Part shown: in pieces, positions 39,476-49,293 of the stretch
How positions within the stretch are numbered: position 1 is the stretch's first letter
How the letters are laid out: every line of letters begins with the position of its first letter
From: Dehalococcoidia bacterium
GTDB taxonomy: Bacteria > Chloroflexota > Dehalococcoidia > UBA6926
Assembly: GCA_963666115.2 (NCBI GenBank)
Contig: CAXXET010000004.1
Coordinates: 416,001-480,000 of the forward strand
Reading direction: 5' to 3'
DNA: 64,000 nt
Notes under the pieces: model-generated
What the model saw: the letters and a program-made list of their open reading frames with translations, nothing else
What the model was told of the DNA's origin: nothing
Database searches by the model: none
Translations under genes and position numbers: made by a program

Positions 39476-40126
39476 ATGCGAATCATTCTTCTTGGAGCGC
39501 CGGGCGCGGGCAAGGGCACGCAAGCGGCGACGCTCCATGAGCAACTGGACGCGCCGCACATCGCGACGGGCGACCTGTTCCGCGCCGCGCTCTCTGAGGG
39601 CACGCCGCTTGGGCTGGAGGCCAAGTCGTATATGGACCGCGGCGAGCTGGTGCCGGACGACGTGACGGTTCGGATGCTGCTGGAGCGCATTTCAGAGCCG
39701 GACGCGGCGGACGGGTACATCCTGGACGGGTTCCCGCGCAGCCTGGCGCAGGCGGAGGCGTTGGACGAGGCGCTCACGAGCCGCCATGAGAACATTGACA
39801 AAGTTCTATTGGTCGACGTGTCTGAGGATGAGCTGGTTCGCCGCCTGAGCGGGCGTCTGATCTGCCGCGGATGCCCAACGCCCTACCACGTCATCAACAA
39901 GCCGCCAAAGACGGAGGGCATGTGCGACACGTGCGACGGGGACGAGGGCAAACTCTACCAGAGGGACGACGACAAGCCCGAGACGGTGCGGAATCGGCTG
40001 GGCGTATACCGGGATCAGACCGCGCCGCTGATTGACTACTATACGGCCCAAGAGATTTTGACGAGCATCAACGGCGAGCAGGATATCGAGGGCGTGCGGG
40101 CGGACCTGCTCGCAGCGCTGGAATAG
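39476..40126 (+). CDS. adk: Adenylate kinase (Zn-LID type)
   Basis: GAPGAGKGT, GELVPD, LDGFPR, QRDDD. Confidence 0.97.
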   Translation: MRIILLGAPGAGKGTQAATLHEQLDAPHIATGDLFRAALSEGTPLGLEAKSYMDRGELVPDDVTVRMLLERISEPDAADGYILDGFPRSLAQAEALDEALTSRHENIDKVLLVDVSEDELVRRLSGRLICRGCPTPYHVINKPPKTEGMCDTCDGDEGKLYQRDDDKPETVRNRLGVYRDQTAPLIDYYTAQEILTSINGEQDIEGVRADLLAALE

Positions 40127-40147
40127 GCCTCGCCTCCCGGCATCGCA

Positions 40148-40957
40148 ATGGTATTCGGCGGCGGCCAGCAATCTCCAACGGTAAAGTCTGCGCGTGAGAT
40201 CGATCTCATGCGCAAGGCCGGGCACATCGTCGCCGACGTCCTGAACATTGTGCGCGACGCGGCCAAGCCCGGCATGACGACGGCGCAGTTGGACGAGATC
40301 GCGGGGCGGGAGATACGCGGGCGGAACGGCGTGCCGTCGTTTCTCGGCTACCAGGGCTTTCCGGCTCACATCTGCACGTCTTTCAACGAGGAGGTCGTTC
40401 ACGGCATTCCCGGTCCGCGCACGATCAAGGACGGGGACATCCTGTCCGTCGACTGCGGGGCAATTTACGACGGGTATCACGGCGATTCCGCGATTACGTT
40501 CGCGGTGGGCGACATTCCCGACGAGACCAAGAAACTGATCGAGGACACGCGCCAGTCATTAATCGCGTGCATCAACGCGGCCCGGCCGGGAAACGGGCTG
40601 CTTGACCTGACGAAGGCGATTCGGGACTACGCGGAGCCACGGGGCTACGGCATCGTTCGCGGGTACGGCGGGCACGGGATCGGCACGGAGATGCACGAGA
40701 GTCCCTGGATTCCCAACAACGTGGCCGATTTCGACAGCACGGGCCGCCGGGGACTGCGGCGCTTCCGGCTGCGCCCCGGGTCGACGGTGGCGCTGGAGCC
40801 GATGCTGACGCTGGGGGGCGGCTGGGAGACGGTCGTGGAGGAAGACGATTGGACGGTCTCGACGGCGGACGGGAGCCTGTCCGCCCACTGGGAGCACACG
40901 ATCGTCGTGACGGAGGACGGCCCGGAGGTTCTGACCAGCCGAACGGGGCAGCCGTGA
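40148..40957 (+). CDS. map: Methionine aminopeptidase type I
   Basis: VVHGIP, DSAIT, GHGIG..MHE, EPM, SAHWEHT. Confidence 0.96.
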   Translation: MVFGGGQQSPTVKSAREIDLMRKAGHIVADVLNIVRDAAKPGMTTAQLDEIAGREIRGRNGVPSFLGYQGFPAHICTSFNEEVVHGIPGPRTIKDGDILSVDCGAIYDGYHGDSAITFAVGDIPDETKKLIEDTRQSLIACINAARPGNGLLDLTKAIRDYAEPRGYGIVRGYGGHGIGTEMHESPWIPNNVADFDSTGRRGLRRFRLRPGSTVALEPMLTLGGGWETVVEEDDWTVSTADGSLSAHWEHTIVVTEDGPEVLTSRTGQP

Positions 40958-41022
40958 CGTAGCATTTTGTATTCGGGCTATGGCATACTGTTAGTTCGTG
41001 CGGCGCATCTGATGGGCGAGGT

Positions 41023-41250
41023 ATGACTCAAAAGAACAAGAAGGAAACAATCGAGGTTGAGGGCACCGTGCGGGAAGCTCTCCCGAACGGCATGTTCCGC
41101 GTGGACTTGCCGAATGAGCATTCCGTGCTGGCGCATGCCTCCGGAAAGATCAGGCTTAACTTCATTCGCATCCTGCCCGGGGACCGCGTTTTGGTTGAGC
41201 TTTCGCCGTATGACCTGAAGCGGGGACGGGTGACGTACCGGTTCCGCTAG
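41023..41250 (+). CDS. infA: Translation initiation factor IF-1
   Basis: [24 protein letters not shown]. Confidence 0.98.
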   Translation: MTQKNKKETIEVEGTVREALPNGMFRVDLPNEHSVLAHASGKIRLNFIRILPGDRVLVELSPYDLKRGRVTYRFR

Positions 41251-41298
41251 ATTTCACAGACGACGGGATGAACGAGCAGGGAAAAGGGACAGCGCGAC

Positions 41299-41412
41299 AT
41301 GAAGGTATCAGCGTCCGTCAAGGTGCGGTGCAACAAGTGCCGCATCGTTCGGCGCAAGCGCCGCCTGTTCGTGATCTGCGTGAATCCGAAGTGTAAGCAG
41401 CGACAGGGCTGA
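41299..41412 (+). CDS. rpmJ: 50S ribosomal protein L36 (missing from ORF track)
   Basis: [37 protein letters not shown]. Confidence 0.95.
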   Translation: MKVSASVKVRCNKCRIVRRKRRLFVICVNPKCKQRQG

Positions 41413-41434
41413 ACGGGGAGCACGGGACGGACTG

Positions 41435-41818
41435 ATGGTACGAATAGCCGGGGCGGATATTCCTGACAACAAGAAGGTTGCCTATTCACTTCGTTACATC
41501 TACGGCGTCGGTCCGCGTCGAGCGAGTGAAATCCTCGATCGGTCCGGGGTCGATCCCGACCGCCGAGTACACGACCTGACCGAGCAGGATATGGCGTTGC
41601 TGCGCGAGGCCATCGAGCGGGGCGGGTATCCGATCGAGGGCGATCTGCGTCGTGAGATCGCCATGAACATCCGCAGGCTCATCGAGATTGGCAGCTACCG
41701 CGGCGTCAGGCATCGAATGGGGCTGCCTGTGCGCGGCCAGCGGACGCGCACCAACGCGCGCATTCGCAAGGGGCCCAAGCGCACAGTGGCCGGCAAGCGC
41801 CGGGCTGCCCGCAAGTAA
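41435..41818 (+). CDS. rpsM: 30S ribosomal protein S13
   Basis: [23 protein letters not shown]. Confidence 0.98.
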   Translation: MVRIAGADIPDNKKVAYSLRYIYGVGPRRASEILDRSGVDPDRRVHDLTEQDMALLREAIERGGYPIEGDLRREIAMNIRRLIEIGSYRGVRHRMGLPVRGQRTRTNARIRKGPKRTVAGKRRAARK

Positions 41819-41849
41819 GAATCGGCCCATCAAGGAGCAATAAGAGCAT

Positions 41850-42242
41850 ATGGCGAGACGAGGACGCCAGCGCGTGCGCCGCAGGGAGCGCAAGTCCGTG
41901 CCCTATGGGCGCGCGTACATCTACGCCACGTTCAACAACACGGTTGTCACGCTGACCGACCCTGTTGGGAACGTGATTGCGTCCGGCAGCGGCGGCGCGG
42001 TTGGATTCCGCGGTTCTCGCAAGGGGACGGCGTTTGCGGCGCAGCGGGCCGCTGAAGAGACCGCGCGGCGCGGCATGGAGCACGGGCTGCAACACGTGGA
42101 AGTGCGCGTGAAAGGCCCGGGCAGCGGCCGCGAGGCGGCGATCCGCTCCCTGCAGGCCACCGGCCTCGTCGTCACCGCCATCAGGGATACCACGCCGATA
42201 CCGCACAACGGCTGCCGACCGCGAAAGCGCCGCCGCGTTTAG
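41850..42242 (+). CDS. rpsK: 30S ribosomal protein S11
   Basis: [21 protein letters not shown]. Confidence 0.98.
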   Translation: MARRGRQRVRRRERKSVPYGRAYIYATFNNTVVTLTDPVGNVIASGSGGAVGFRGSRKGTAFAAQRAAEETARRGMEHGLQHVEVRVKGPGSGREAAIRSLQATGLVVTAIRDTTPIPHNGCRPRKRRRV

Positions 42243-42287
42243 TTGTCAGAAGCGGCCATGCGGGCAACCAGGAGGAGCACGTAAGGG

Positions 42288-42923
42288 ATGGCTCGATATA
42301 CGGGGCCGGTCTGCCGGCTGTGCCGGCGACAGGGAATCAAGCTCTTTCTCAAGGGAGAGCGGTGCTATACGCCGAAATGCGCCATCGAACGGCGGCGCAG
42401 CGCACCCGGCGAATCGACGACGAGCAACCGTCGACGGCGGCGGCTCTCGGAGTGGGGCATCCACCTGAGGGAGAAGCAGAAGGCGCGGCACATCTACGGC
42501 GTGCTGGAACGCCAATTCCGCAGGCATTATGCAGTCGCGGCCCGGCAGCGGGGGGCGACGGGCGAGAACCTGCTCAAGATACTGGAGACGCGGCTGGACA
42601 ACGTGGTTTATCGACTCGGATGGGCCAACTCGCGCAAGGAGGCGCGTCAGATGGTGTCGCACGGCCACCTGGCAGTGAACGGCCGCCGGGCGCGCACGCC
42701 GTCCATCAGCATCAAGGAAGGGGCAGAGATTACGTGGGTGCCCAGCTCCACCAGCACGACGCAATATGAGATCGTTCAGTACCAGGCACAGCGGCGGCAG
42801 GCGCCGGAATGGCTGCAAATGGACGCGCGCAACATGGTCGGGCGGATGCTGCGGCAGCCTGAGCGGTCCGATATGGACATCCGCATCGACGACCGCCTGA
42901 TCGTTGAGTTCTATTCGCGGTAG
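42288..42923 (+). CDS. rpsD: 30S ribosomal protein S4 (zinc type)
   Basis: MARYTGPVCRLCRR, LETRLDNVVYR, VEFYSR. Confidence 0.98.
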   Translation: MARYTGPVCRLCRRQGIKLFLKGERCYTPKCAIERRRSAPGESTTSNRRRRRLSEWGIHLREKQKARHIYGVLERQFRRHYAVAARQRGATGENLLKILETRLDNVVYRLGWANSRKEARQMVSHGHLAVNGRRARTPSISIKEGAEITWVPSSTSTTQYEIVQYQAQRRQAPEWLQMDARNMVGRMLRQPERSDMDIRIDDRLIVEFYSR

Positions 42924-42935
42924 GGAGGCCAATTC

Positions 42936-44120
42936 TTGACCTTGATGACTGAGGCAGAGCTACAGCTAGAGTCGGGCGCGAGCCTGGCCCCGGAAATCAC
43001 GACCGACCGGTCGCAGGACTCGTACGGCCGGTTCATCATCGAGCCGCTATCCCAGGGTTTTGGGGTGACGCTTGGCAACGCCATCCGGCGCGTGCTGCTG
43101 AATTCGCTGCCCGGCGTGGCGATTACGGCGGTGCGGATCGAGGGCGCGCAGCATGAGTACTCCACCCTGCCGCACGTGCGCGAGGACATGGTGGACTTTC
43201 TGCTGAACGTGAAGGAAATCCGCATCCAGTCCATCACGGGACGCCCCGGCACACTGCGGCTTGACGTGAGCGGGCGGGCGGGAACGATCACGGCAGGCGA
43301 TATGCAGAAGCACGGCGATTACACGATCGTGAATCCCGATCTCGTGCTGCTGAATGCGGACAGCACGGACGCCCAACTGTCAATCGAGTTCACCGTCGAG
43401 CCGGGGACCGGCTTCAGGGCGGCGGAGACCTCCGTGGAGGACCCAATCGGCATCCTGCCCGTGGACGCCATCTTTACGCCCATTCGGCGCGCAAACTTCG
43501 AGGTTGAGGCGACGCGCGTCGGCCAGGTGACGGACTTCGACCGGCTGGTGCTGGAGGTGTGGACCGACGGCACGATCACGCCCGAGGACGCCGTCCGCAA
43601 GGCGACACAGATCATCATCGAGCAGCTGCAGCCGTTCACTGCCCTCGGGGAGCCGGATGAACTCGCCGGGGAGCAGGAGTCGGGCCTCAACGTTCCCCCT
43701 TCGTTGTCATCGATCAACGTCGAGGACCTGCGCCTCTCGACGCGAACGCAGAACAGCCTGCGCCGCGGCAACCTGGCAACAGTGGGACACGTGCTGGAGA
43801 AGTCCGCGCAGGAGCTTCTTGAGCTGCGCAACTTTGGCGAACAGTCTCTCAACGAACTGATCCAGCGGCTGCGCGATATGGGCCTGGCCATTCCCGGTGA
43901 CGATGAGGACCGCGCGTGGCGGCGGATACCGCTGGCGACGCTTGTTCCGAGCGCCGAGGGTGTCGCGGGCGCCGAATCCGAGCCGAGGGCCGATGGGGAC
44001 TCCGAGGAATCTGATGAGGGGGCGGTCTTTTCGATGCGCCCAGACGACGGTGTGTCCGAGGTGGACCTGACACACTACTCGCGCCGCTCATTCGCCCCGG
44101 ACGACGAGGACGAGGGATAG
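42936..44120 (+). CDS. rpoA: RNA polymerase subunit alpha with C-terminal extension
   Basis: EPLSQGFGVTLGNAIRRVLL, VDAIFTP, LELRNFG; start TTG 42936 or ATG 42945. Confidence 0.97.
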   Translation: MTLMTEAELQLESGASLAPEITTDRSQDSYGRFIIEPLSQGFGVTLGNAIRRVLLNSLPGVAITAVRIEGAQHEYSTLPHVREDMVDFLLNVKEIRIQSITGRPGTLRLDVSGRAGTITAGDMQKHGDYTIVNPDLVLLNADSTDAQLSIEFTVEPGTGFRAAETSVEDPIGILPVDAIFTPIRRANFEVEATRVGQVTDFDRLVLEVWTDGTITPEDAVRKATQIIIEQLQPFTALGEPDELAGEQESGLNVPPSLSSINVEDLRLSTRTQNSLRRGNLATVGHVLEKSAQELLELRNFGEQSLNELIQRLRDMGLAIPGDDEDRAWRRIPLATLVPSAEGVAGAESEPRADGDSEESDEGAVFSMRPDDGVSEVDLTHYSRRSFAPDDEDEG

Positions 44121-44132
44121 GATACCGCAGAC

Positions 44133-44483
44133 ATGAGACACCGAGTTTCAGGCCGCACGCTTGGCCGAAAGACGGCACCGCGGATGCTGATGTACCGCAA
44201 CCTGACGCGGGACCTGTTCCTGCGCGAGGCCATCGTGACGACCGAGGCCAAGGCCAAGGAGACGCGCAGCTTCGCGGAGCGCATGGTGACGCTTGGCAAG
44301 GACGGCGGACTCCCCGCGCGTCGGCGCGCGCTCAAGTTCATCCCGGACAAGGACGTTGTGGACAAGGTCTTCCGGGTATACGGGGAGCGGTACCAGGACC
44401 GTCCCGGCGGGTTCACGCGAATCACGAAGATCGGGCCGCGACAGGGCGACGCCGCGCCGATGGCGCGGCTGGAGCTCGTCTAG
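44133..44483 (+). CDS. rplQ: 50S ribosomal protein L17
   Basis: MRHR..LGR, TTEAKAKE, RPGGFTRI, GDAA. Confidence 0.97.
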   Translation: MRHRVSGRTLGRKTAPRMLMYRNLTRDLFLREAIVTTEAKAKETRSFAERMVTLGKDGGLPARRRALKFIPDKDVVDKVFRVYGERYQDRPGGFTRITKIGPRQGDAAPMARLELV

Positions 44484-44494
44484 GACATCGAACG

Positions 44495-45313
44495 ATGCAG
44501 ACTGCCGCCCTCAGCACACCTGACACCGGCGCAGGCCACGCGCCTGCCGCGGCGGATCGTCTCGTCGTGCTCACCGTGGAATACGCGGGGGCGCGCTACC
44601 AAGGGATGCAGCTACAGAAGCCGGGCGTGCCGACGGTCCAGGGCGAGATCGAGGACGCGCTCTTCAAGCTGACGGGGCAGCGCTACCGGATTGCCGCCGC
44701 AGGACGCACCGATTCAGGGGCGAGCGCGCGCGGGCAGGTGATCAGCTTTCGACTGGAGACCGAACTGCCTCTCGATCGCTATGTGACAGGACTGAACCAC
44801 TATCTGCCGAATGACATCAGCGTAACCGGGGCGCAGCGGGCGCCCGGCAACTTTGACGTCACGCGGGACGCCCGCTCTCGCCACTACCGCTACACCATCA
44901 TCAACCGCCCGTCGCCGTCCGCGCTTCTTCGACAGCAGGCGGCGCACGTCAAGGACCCTCTCGATGAGGCTGCGATGGCGGAGGCGATACGAGCATTGGA
45001 CGGCTGGCTGGACGCCCGCCCGTTCACGGGCCCGCTGCCTGCGGATCGCAACCCGCTGCGCCGCTACGACTACGCAGCCGTGGCGCGTGACGGCGATATC
45101 GTGACGATTGACCTGCGCGGGAGCGGTTTCCTGCCCCACCAGGTGCGGCGGGTCGCGGGCGCTCTCGCGCGGGTGGGCGCAGGTCAGATGAGCGCGGACG
45201 AGTTTCACCGGCTTGCGCGTGAGGGCGCGCCGGGGGAGGCGACGTGGACAATGCCCGCCGCCGGTCTTTGCCTGATGGGCGTCACCTATGACGACGGAAT
45301 CCTGGACGACTGA
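44495..45313 (+). CDS. truA: tRNA pseudouridine(38-40) synthase
   Basis: AGRTDSG, RHYRY, GFLPHQVR, PAAGLCL. Confidence 0.93.
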   Translation: MQTAALSTPDTGAGHAPAAADRLVVLTVEYAGARYQGMQLQKPGVPTVQGEIEDALFKLTGQRYRIAAAGRTDSGASARGQVISFRLETELPLDRYVTGLNHYLPNDISVTGAQRAPGNFDVTRDARSRHYRYTIINRPSPSALLRQQAAHVKDPLDEAAMAEAIRALDGWLDARPFTGPLPADRNPLRRYDYAAVARDGDIVTIDLRGSGFLPHQVRRVAGALARVGAGQMSADEFHRLAREGAPGEATWTMPAAGLCLMGVTYDDGILDD

Positions 45314-45323
45314 GGCAATCTCC

Positions 45324-46100
45324 ATGGCGCGTATACGCACATACAGCCCCAAGAAGAGCGAAATCGAGCGCGGGTGGCACGTCATCGACGCGGACGGCGA
45401 GACGCTCGGACGCCTGGCGACGCGCATCGCGTCCGTCCTGCGCGGCAAGGACAAGCCGACGTATACGACGCACATGTCAGTCGGCGACAACGTGATTGTG
45501 ATCAACGCGGAGAAGGTGCGCGTGACGGGGCAGAAAGAGAACCTGAAGACGTACTATCGCCACACGCAGTACCCGGGCGGGCTGCGCGCGGTGACGCTGT
45601 CCACGCTGCGGGAGAAGCACCCGGAGCGCATCATCCAGAACGCGGTGAAGGGGATGCTGCCGCACAACCGGCTTGGTCGGCAGAATCTGCGCCGCCTGCA
45701 CGTCTACGCGGGGCCTGAGCATCCGCACGAGGCGCAGGTGCGCGCGGGCATGGGCGCTGCGGGCCGACGCAAGCAGGCCGAGCTGGAGGCGCAGGCTGCC
45801 GCGCCCGCGCCGGAGGCCGCTCCCGAGGAGGCTGCGCCGGTGGTGCCGCCGACACGGCGACGGCGTCGGCGGGCCGCTGAGCAGGAATCACAGGAAACAG
45901 CGCCGCCGGAGGCAGAGGCCACCGAGACGCCGACTGCTGAGGAGTCCGTGGCAGAGAACGAGGACGCCGTCGCGGAGAATGATCAGGCGCCCGAAACCGA
46001 CGAGACAGTAGAGACGGCCGATTCAGCAGATGAGACGGCAGATGACACCGAAGAGGACAAGGAACAGGAAGAGACCAAGGAAGACTCCCAGGGAGGATAG
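45324..46100 (+). CDS. rplM: 50S ribosomal protein L13 with long acidic C-terminal tail
   Basis: WHVIDA..LGRLA, GKDKP, AVKGMLP, HPHEAQ. Confidence 0.96.
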   Translation: MARIRTYSPKKSEIERGWHVIDADGETLGRLATRIASVLRGKDKPTYTTHMSVGDNVIVINAEKVRVTGQKENLKTYYRHTQYPGGLRAVTLSTLREKHPERIIQNAVKGMLPHNRLGRQNLRRLHVYAGPEHPHEAQVRAGMGAAGRRKQAELEAQAAAPAPEAAPEEAAPVVPPTRRRRRRAAEQESQETAPPEAEATETPTAEESVAENEDAVAENDQAPETDETVETADSADETADDTEEDKEQEETKEDSQGG

Positions 46101-46109
46101 CGGAGAGGC

Positions 46110-46511
46110 ATGACGACAGCAGGTCGATTTTTCCAGGGGACGGGGCGGCGCAAGCGCGCGGTGGCGCGTGTGCGCGTGACGCCGGGGGGCGAGTCCATGT
46201 TTGTGGTGGACGGCAAACCGCTCGAGGAGCGATTCCCGCTGGAAATCCATCGCCGCTCGATCTTGCAGCCGCTGGTCGCGACGGACTCGCTGCGCCGGTT
46301 CGCGATTTCAGTGAAGGTCACGGGGGGCGGGGTAACGGGGCAGGCTGAGGCGATCCGTCACGGCCTGGCGCGGGCGCTTTCGCGCCTCGATGAGTCGATG
46401 CGGCCGGTGCTCAAGAAAGTCCGCTTTCTCACGCGGGACGCGCGTGAGAAGGAGCGGAAGAAGTACGGCCTGTTCCGGGCGCGGAAGAAGCAGCAGTATT
46501 CGAAGCGGTAG
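46110..46511 (+). CDS. rpsI: 30S ribosomal protein S9
   Basis: GTGRRK, GGGVTGQA, ERKKYG, QYSKR. Confidence 0.98.
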   Translation: MTTAGRFFQGTGRRKRAVARVRVTPGGESMFVVDGKPLEERFPLEIHRRSILQPLVATDSLRRFAISVKVTGGGVTGQAEAIRHGLARALSRLDESMRPVLKKVRFLTRDAREKERKKYGLFRARKKQQYSKR

Positions 46512-46607
46512 ATTCCCGCTTTCGCGGGAATGACGGAGTTGGGACGGGAATGACGGAGTGGGGGCCGGGTTAAGGCCTTTGGATTCTTCGCTGCGCTCAG
46601 AATGACA
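46509..46607 (+). repeat. Family A (with duplication) plus family B between convergent genes
   Basis: TAGATTCCCGCTTTCGCGGGAATGACGG, CGGGAATGACGG 20 nt later, GATTCTTCGCTGCGCTCAGAATGACA at 46582. Confidence 0.9.
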
Positions 46608-46643
46608 TTGGCGGGTATTGGCAGGCGCGGCGGGTGGGGGTGG

Positions 46644-48094
46644 CTAGATTCCGGTTAGGGCGCGGCCTGCGCCTATGAGGCGTTGGACGCGCTCCATGGA
46701 GCGGGCCTCGGCGTAGATTCTCAGCAGCGGCTCCCGTGCCGGGAGAAGCGGATCAGGAGCCATGAGCCGTCCTCCAAGCATGAACCGGTAGCCGTCGCTC
46801 GTTGAGATGTCCGTGACGGCCACGCCGGCAAGCTCTGCCGGTTGACTCTCCGACACCCTGCCCATGACGTCGGCGCGGAGAGCCGCCGGGAACTCAAGGT
46901 CAAGGCGGTCATACTGGTGCGGCCCGACGGTTTCATAGAGCCAGTCAATCAGACTCGACAGGGAGCGCCCTGTCTGCGCCATCGCGTCGAGGACGTAGAG
47001 CGAGGAAAGCACGCCGTCGCGCTCCGGAACGTGCCCCCGGAAACCAAATCCGCCGCTCTCCTCGCCGCCAATCAGCGCTGTCCGTCTCCATCATGCGCGG
47101 CCCGACGTACTTGAAGCCGACCGGCTCTTCATACACCGGCACATCGTATCTCTCACCGAGGATGTCAATCATGCGCGAACTGGTGATGGACTTCACCAGC
47201 GGGCCGCGCTCGCCGCGGATCTCCAGCAGGTAGAAAGGCGAGCAATGCAAAGAATTGCAGCGGGGTCAGGAAACGGCCTCGCTCGTCCACGCCGCCAACA
47301 CGGTCCGCATCGCCGTCAGTCGCCAGGCCAACCGTGTATCCGTACCGAACGACGGCCTCACGCAAGTCGCCGAGGTTGTGAGAAATAGGCTCCGGCTGTC
47401 TCATGCCGGGGAAGGCGGGGTTGGTGCTCGCTGTGGATCTCCATCAACTCCGTTTGCGCCGCCACTGAGCATGTCCGCCACATAGCCGATGCCCGCGCCG
47501 TACATGGGGTCGATGACGACACGCAGACCGGCGGCCTTGATGCGCTCCACATCCACCAGCGAGTGAAGCCGGTCCATGTACAGGGGGCGGGGATCGATCA
47601 TGGTGACGATGCCATCGCGCCGCGCGTCATCGAGAGGCATCACGGCAGGCGGCCCGCCTGCCTCAACCGCGTGAATCTCACGCTCAACGGCAGCGATAAT
47701 CTCCGGCGACGCGGAGCCGCCATATTCGGGCTTGTACTTGAAGCCGTTCCATTCAGGAGGGTTGTGGCTGGCGGGTGACGATGACCGCGCCGGCGGCCTT
47801 GTGGGCAATGACGTTGTAGCTGACGGTGGGCGTGGGGGCCCACGTGTGGCTCAGGTAGGACGGCACGCCCTCGGCGGCCAGCCCCTCCGCGACGGCGGCG
47901 GCAAAGCGTTCCGAGCCGAATCGCGTGTCATAGCCGACGACGACACCCTGTTCCGCCGTGCCCCGCCCTTTCAGATACTGCGCGACGCCTTTCGCGCAAT
48001 AGCGGACGTTTTCAAACGTGAACTCCTCCGCGATGACCGCCCGCCAGCCGTCGGTTCCAAAGGCGATCTGCGATTGAGTTGTCGTAATGGTCAC
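46644..48094 (-). CDS. Phosphoglucomutase/phosphomannomutase family, multiple frameshifts
   Basis: FGTDGWR, ASHNP, DGDADR, PVGFKY, EPLLRIYAEA spread over several frames. Confidence 0.85.
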
Positions 48095-49234
48095 GATTCT
48101 GCGGCCTCCATTCCGTGGATGGGAAAAATGAGTTCTCGCACGCGCTTGACGGACTCTTCCGCCTCCCGCCACACACGCGCCTCGTCTGCCTCGAGAAGAT
48201 CGGGGGCGGGGGCGTCCCGCAGCTGCTTGAGTCCGTACGCCTCCTGGTACGAGTCCGGGTATGTCATCAGGCAATTCCACGCCCGCCATGACAGCATAGT
48301 CCATCGCCCAGCAGCGCGCGACGGCGGAGAGATCATACCCGCCGCCACCCATGGCCAGCCATTTGCCGGGGGAGAGCGCACCCAAAGCCGCGACGGCTGA
48401 CGTATGGCCTGCAGAGGTGAGGCGCAGGTGAGTGAGCGGGGTCGTCCACGTGCGTATCAATGCCCTGCTGCGTGACTAGGATGTCGGGTTGGAAGGCGCG
48501 GATGAGCGGCGCGACGGCGTTTTCGATGACATGCGCGTACGCCTCATTGTGCGTGCCGGGCGCGAGCGGAAGATTGACGGCGTAGCCGATGCCCGCCTCT
48601 TCACCCATCTCGGTTGTGTGTCCTGTGCCAGGGAAGATAGTGTCCCCCGACTGGTGGATGGAGACGGTCAGCACACGGTTGCTGGCGTAAAAGGCGTTCT
48701 GCACGCCGTCGCCATGGTGGGCGTCGATGTCAATGTAGGCGACGCGCTTCGCGCCAAGCGCAAGCAGGCGCAGGATGGCAATAACGGCGTCATTGAAGAC
48801 GCAGAACCCGGAGGCGAAATCCGGGGCCGGCGTGGTGGTAGCCGCCGCCCGCGTTGAAGACGACATCGGCCTGGCCGTTCCACACCGTTTCCGCCGCCAC
48901 GAGGGATGCGCCGGCGGCGAGCGCCGCGGCTTGGTACATGCCCTCCGAGATGGGGTTGTCGCCCCAATCACTGAAGCCATAGCGGTGCTGGCGATGGAGG
49001 TCCTCGCCGCGGCTGAACGCCTGCACGGATTCCACGTAGTCGCGGCCATGGAACGTCATCAGCTCCTGCTCGGTGGCAAGGCGCGGCTCGATCACGACTG
49101 CGCCAGGCTTCTCAAAGACGCCGTACGCCTGTAGAAGCTCATAGACGAGGCGCAGGCGCATGGGGGCGCAGCACGTGATCTTCGCGAAGAATGTTCCGCG
49201 TGAGTTCCGGGCTGTACATGAATCCTGCCGTCAT
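48091..49234 (-). CDS. AcuC/histone-deacetylase-like protein, frameshifted
   Basis: GGYHHA, ASGFCVFND, IDIDAHHGDG, FPGTG, GGGGY in different frames. Confidence 0.85.
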
Positions 49235-49293
49235 CGAAAATACCGCGTTTCCCCTGCTTTCCCCTGTCGCTATGGTACAGGGCGGCGGACGGG

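Noticed and set aside
9677-46607. CRISPR array from the palindromic repeats
   Set aside because: Copies are dispersed or paired, with no regular repeat-spacer periodicity and no cas genes.
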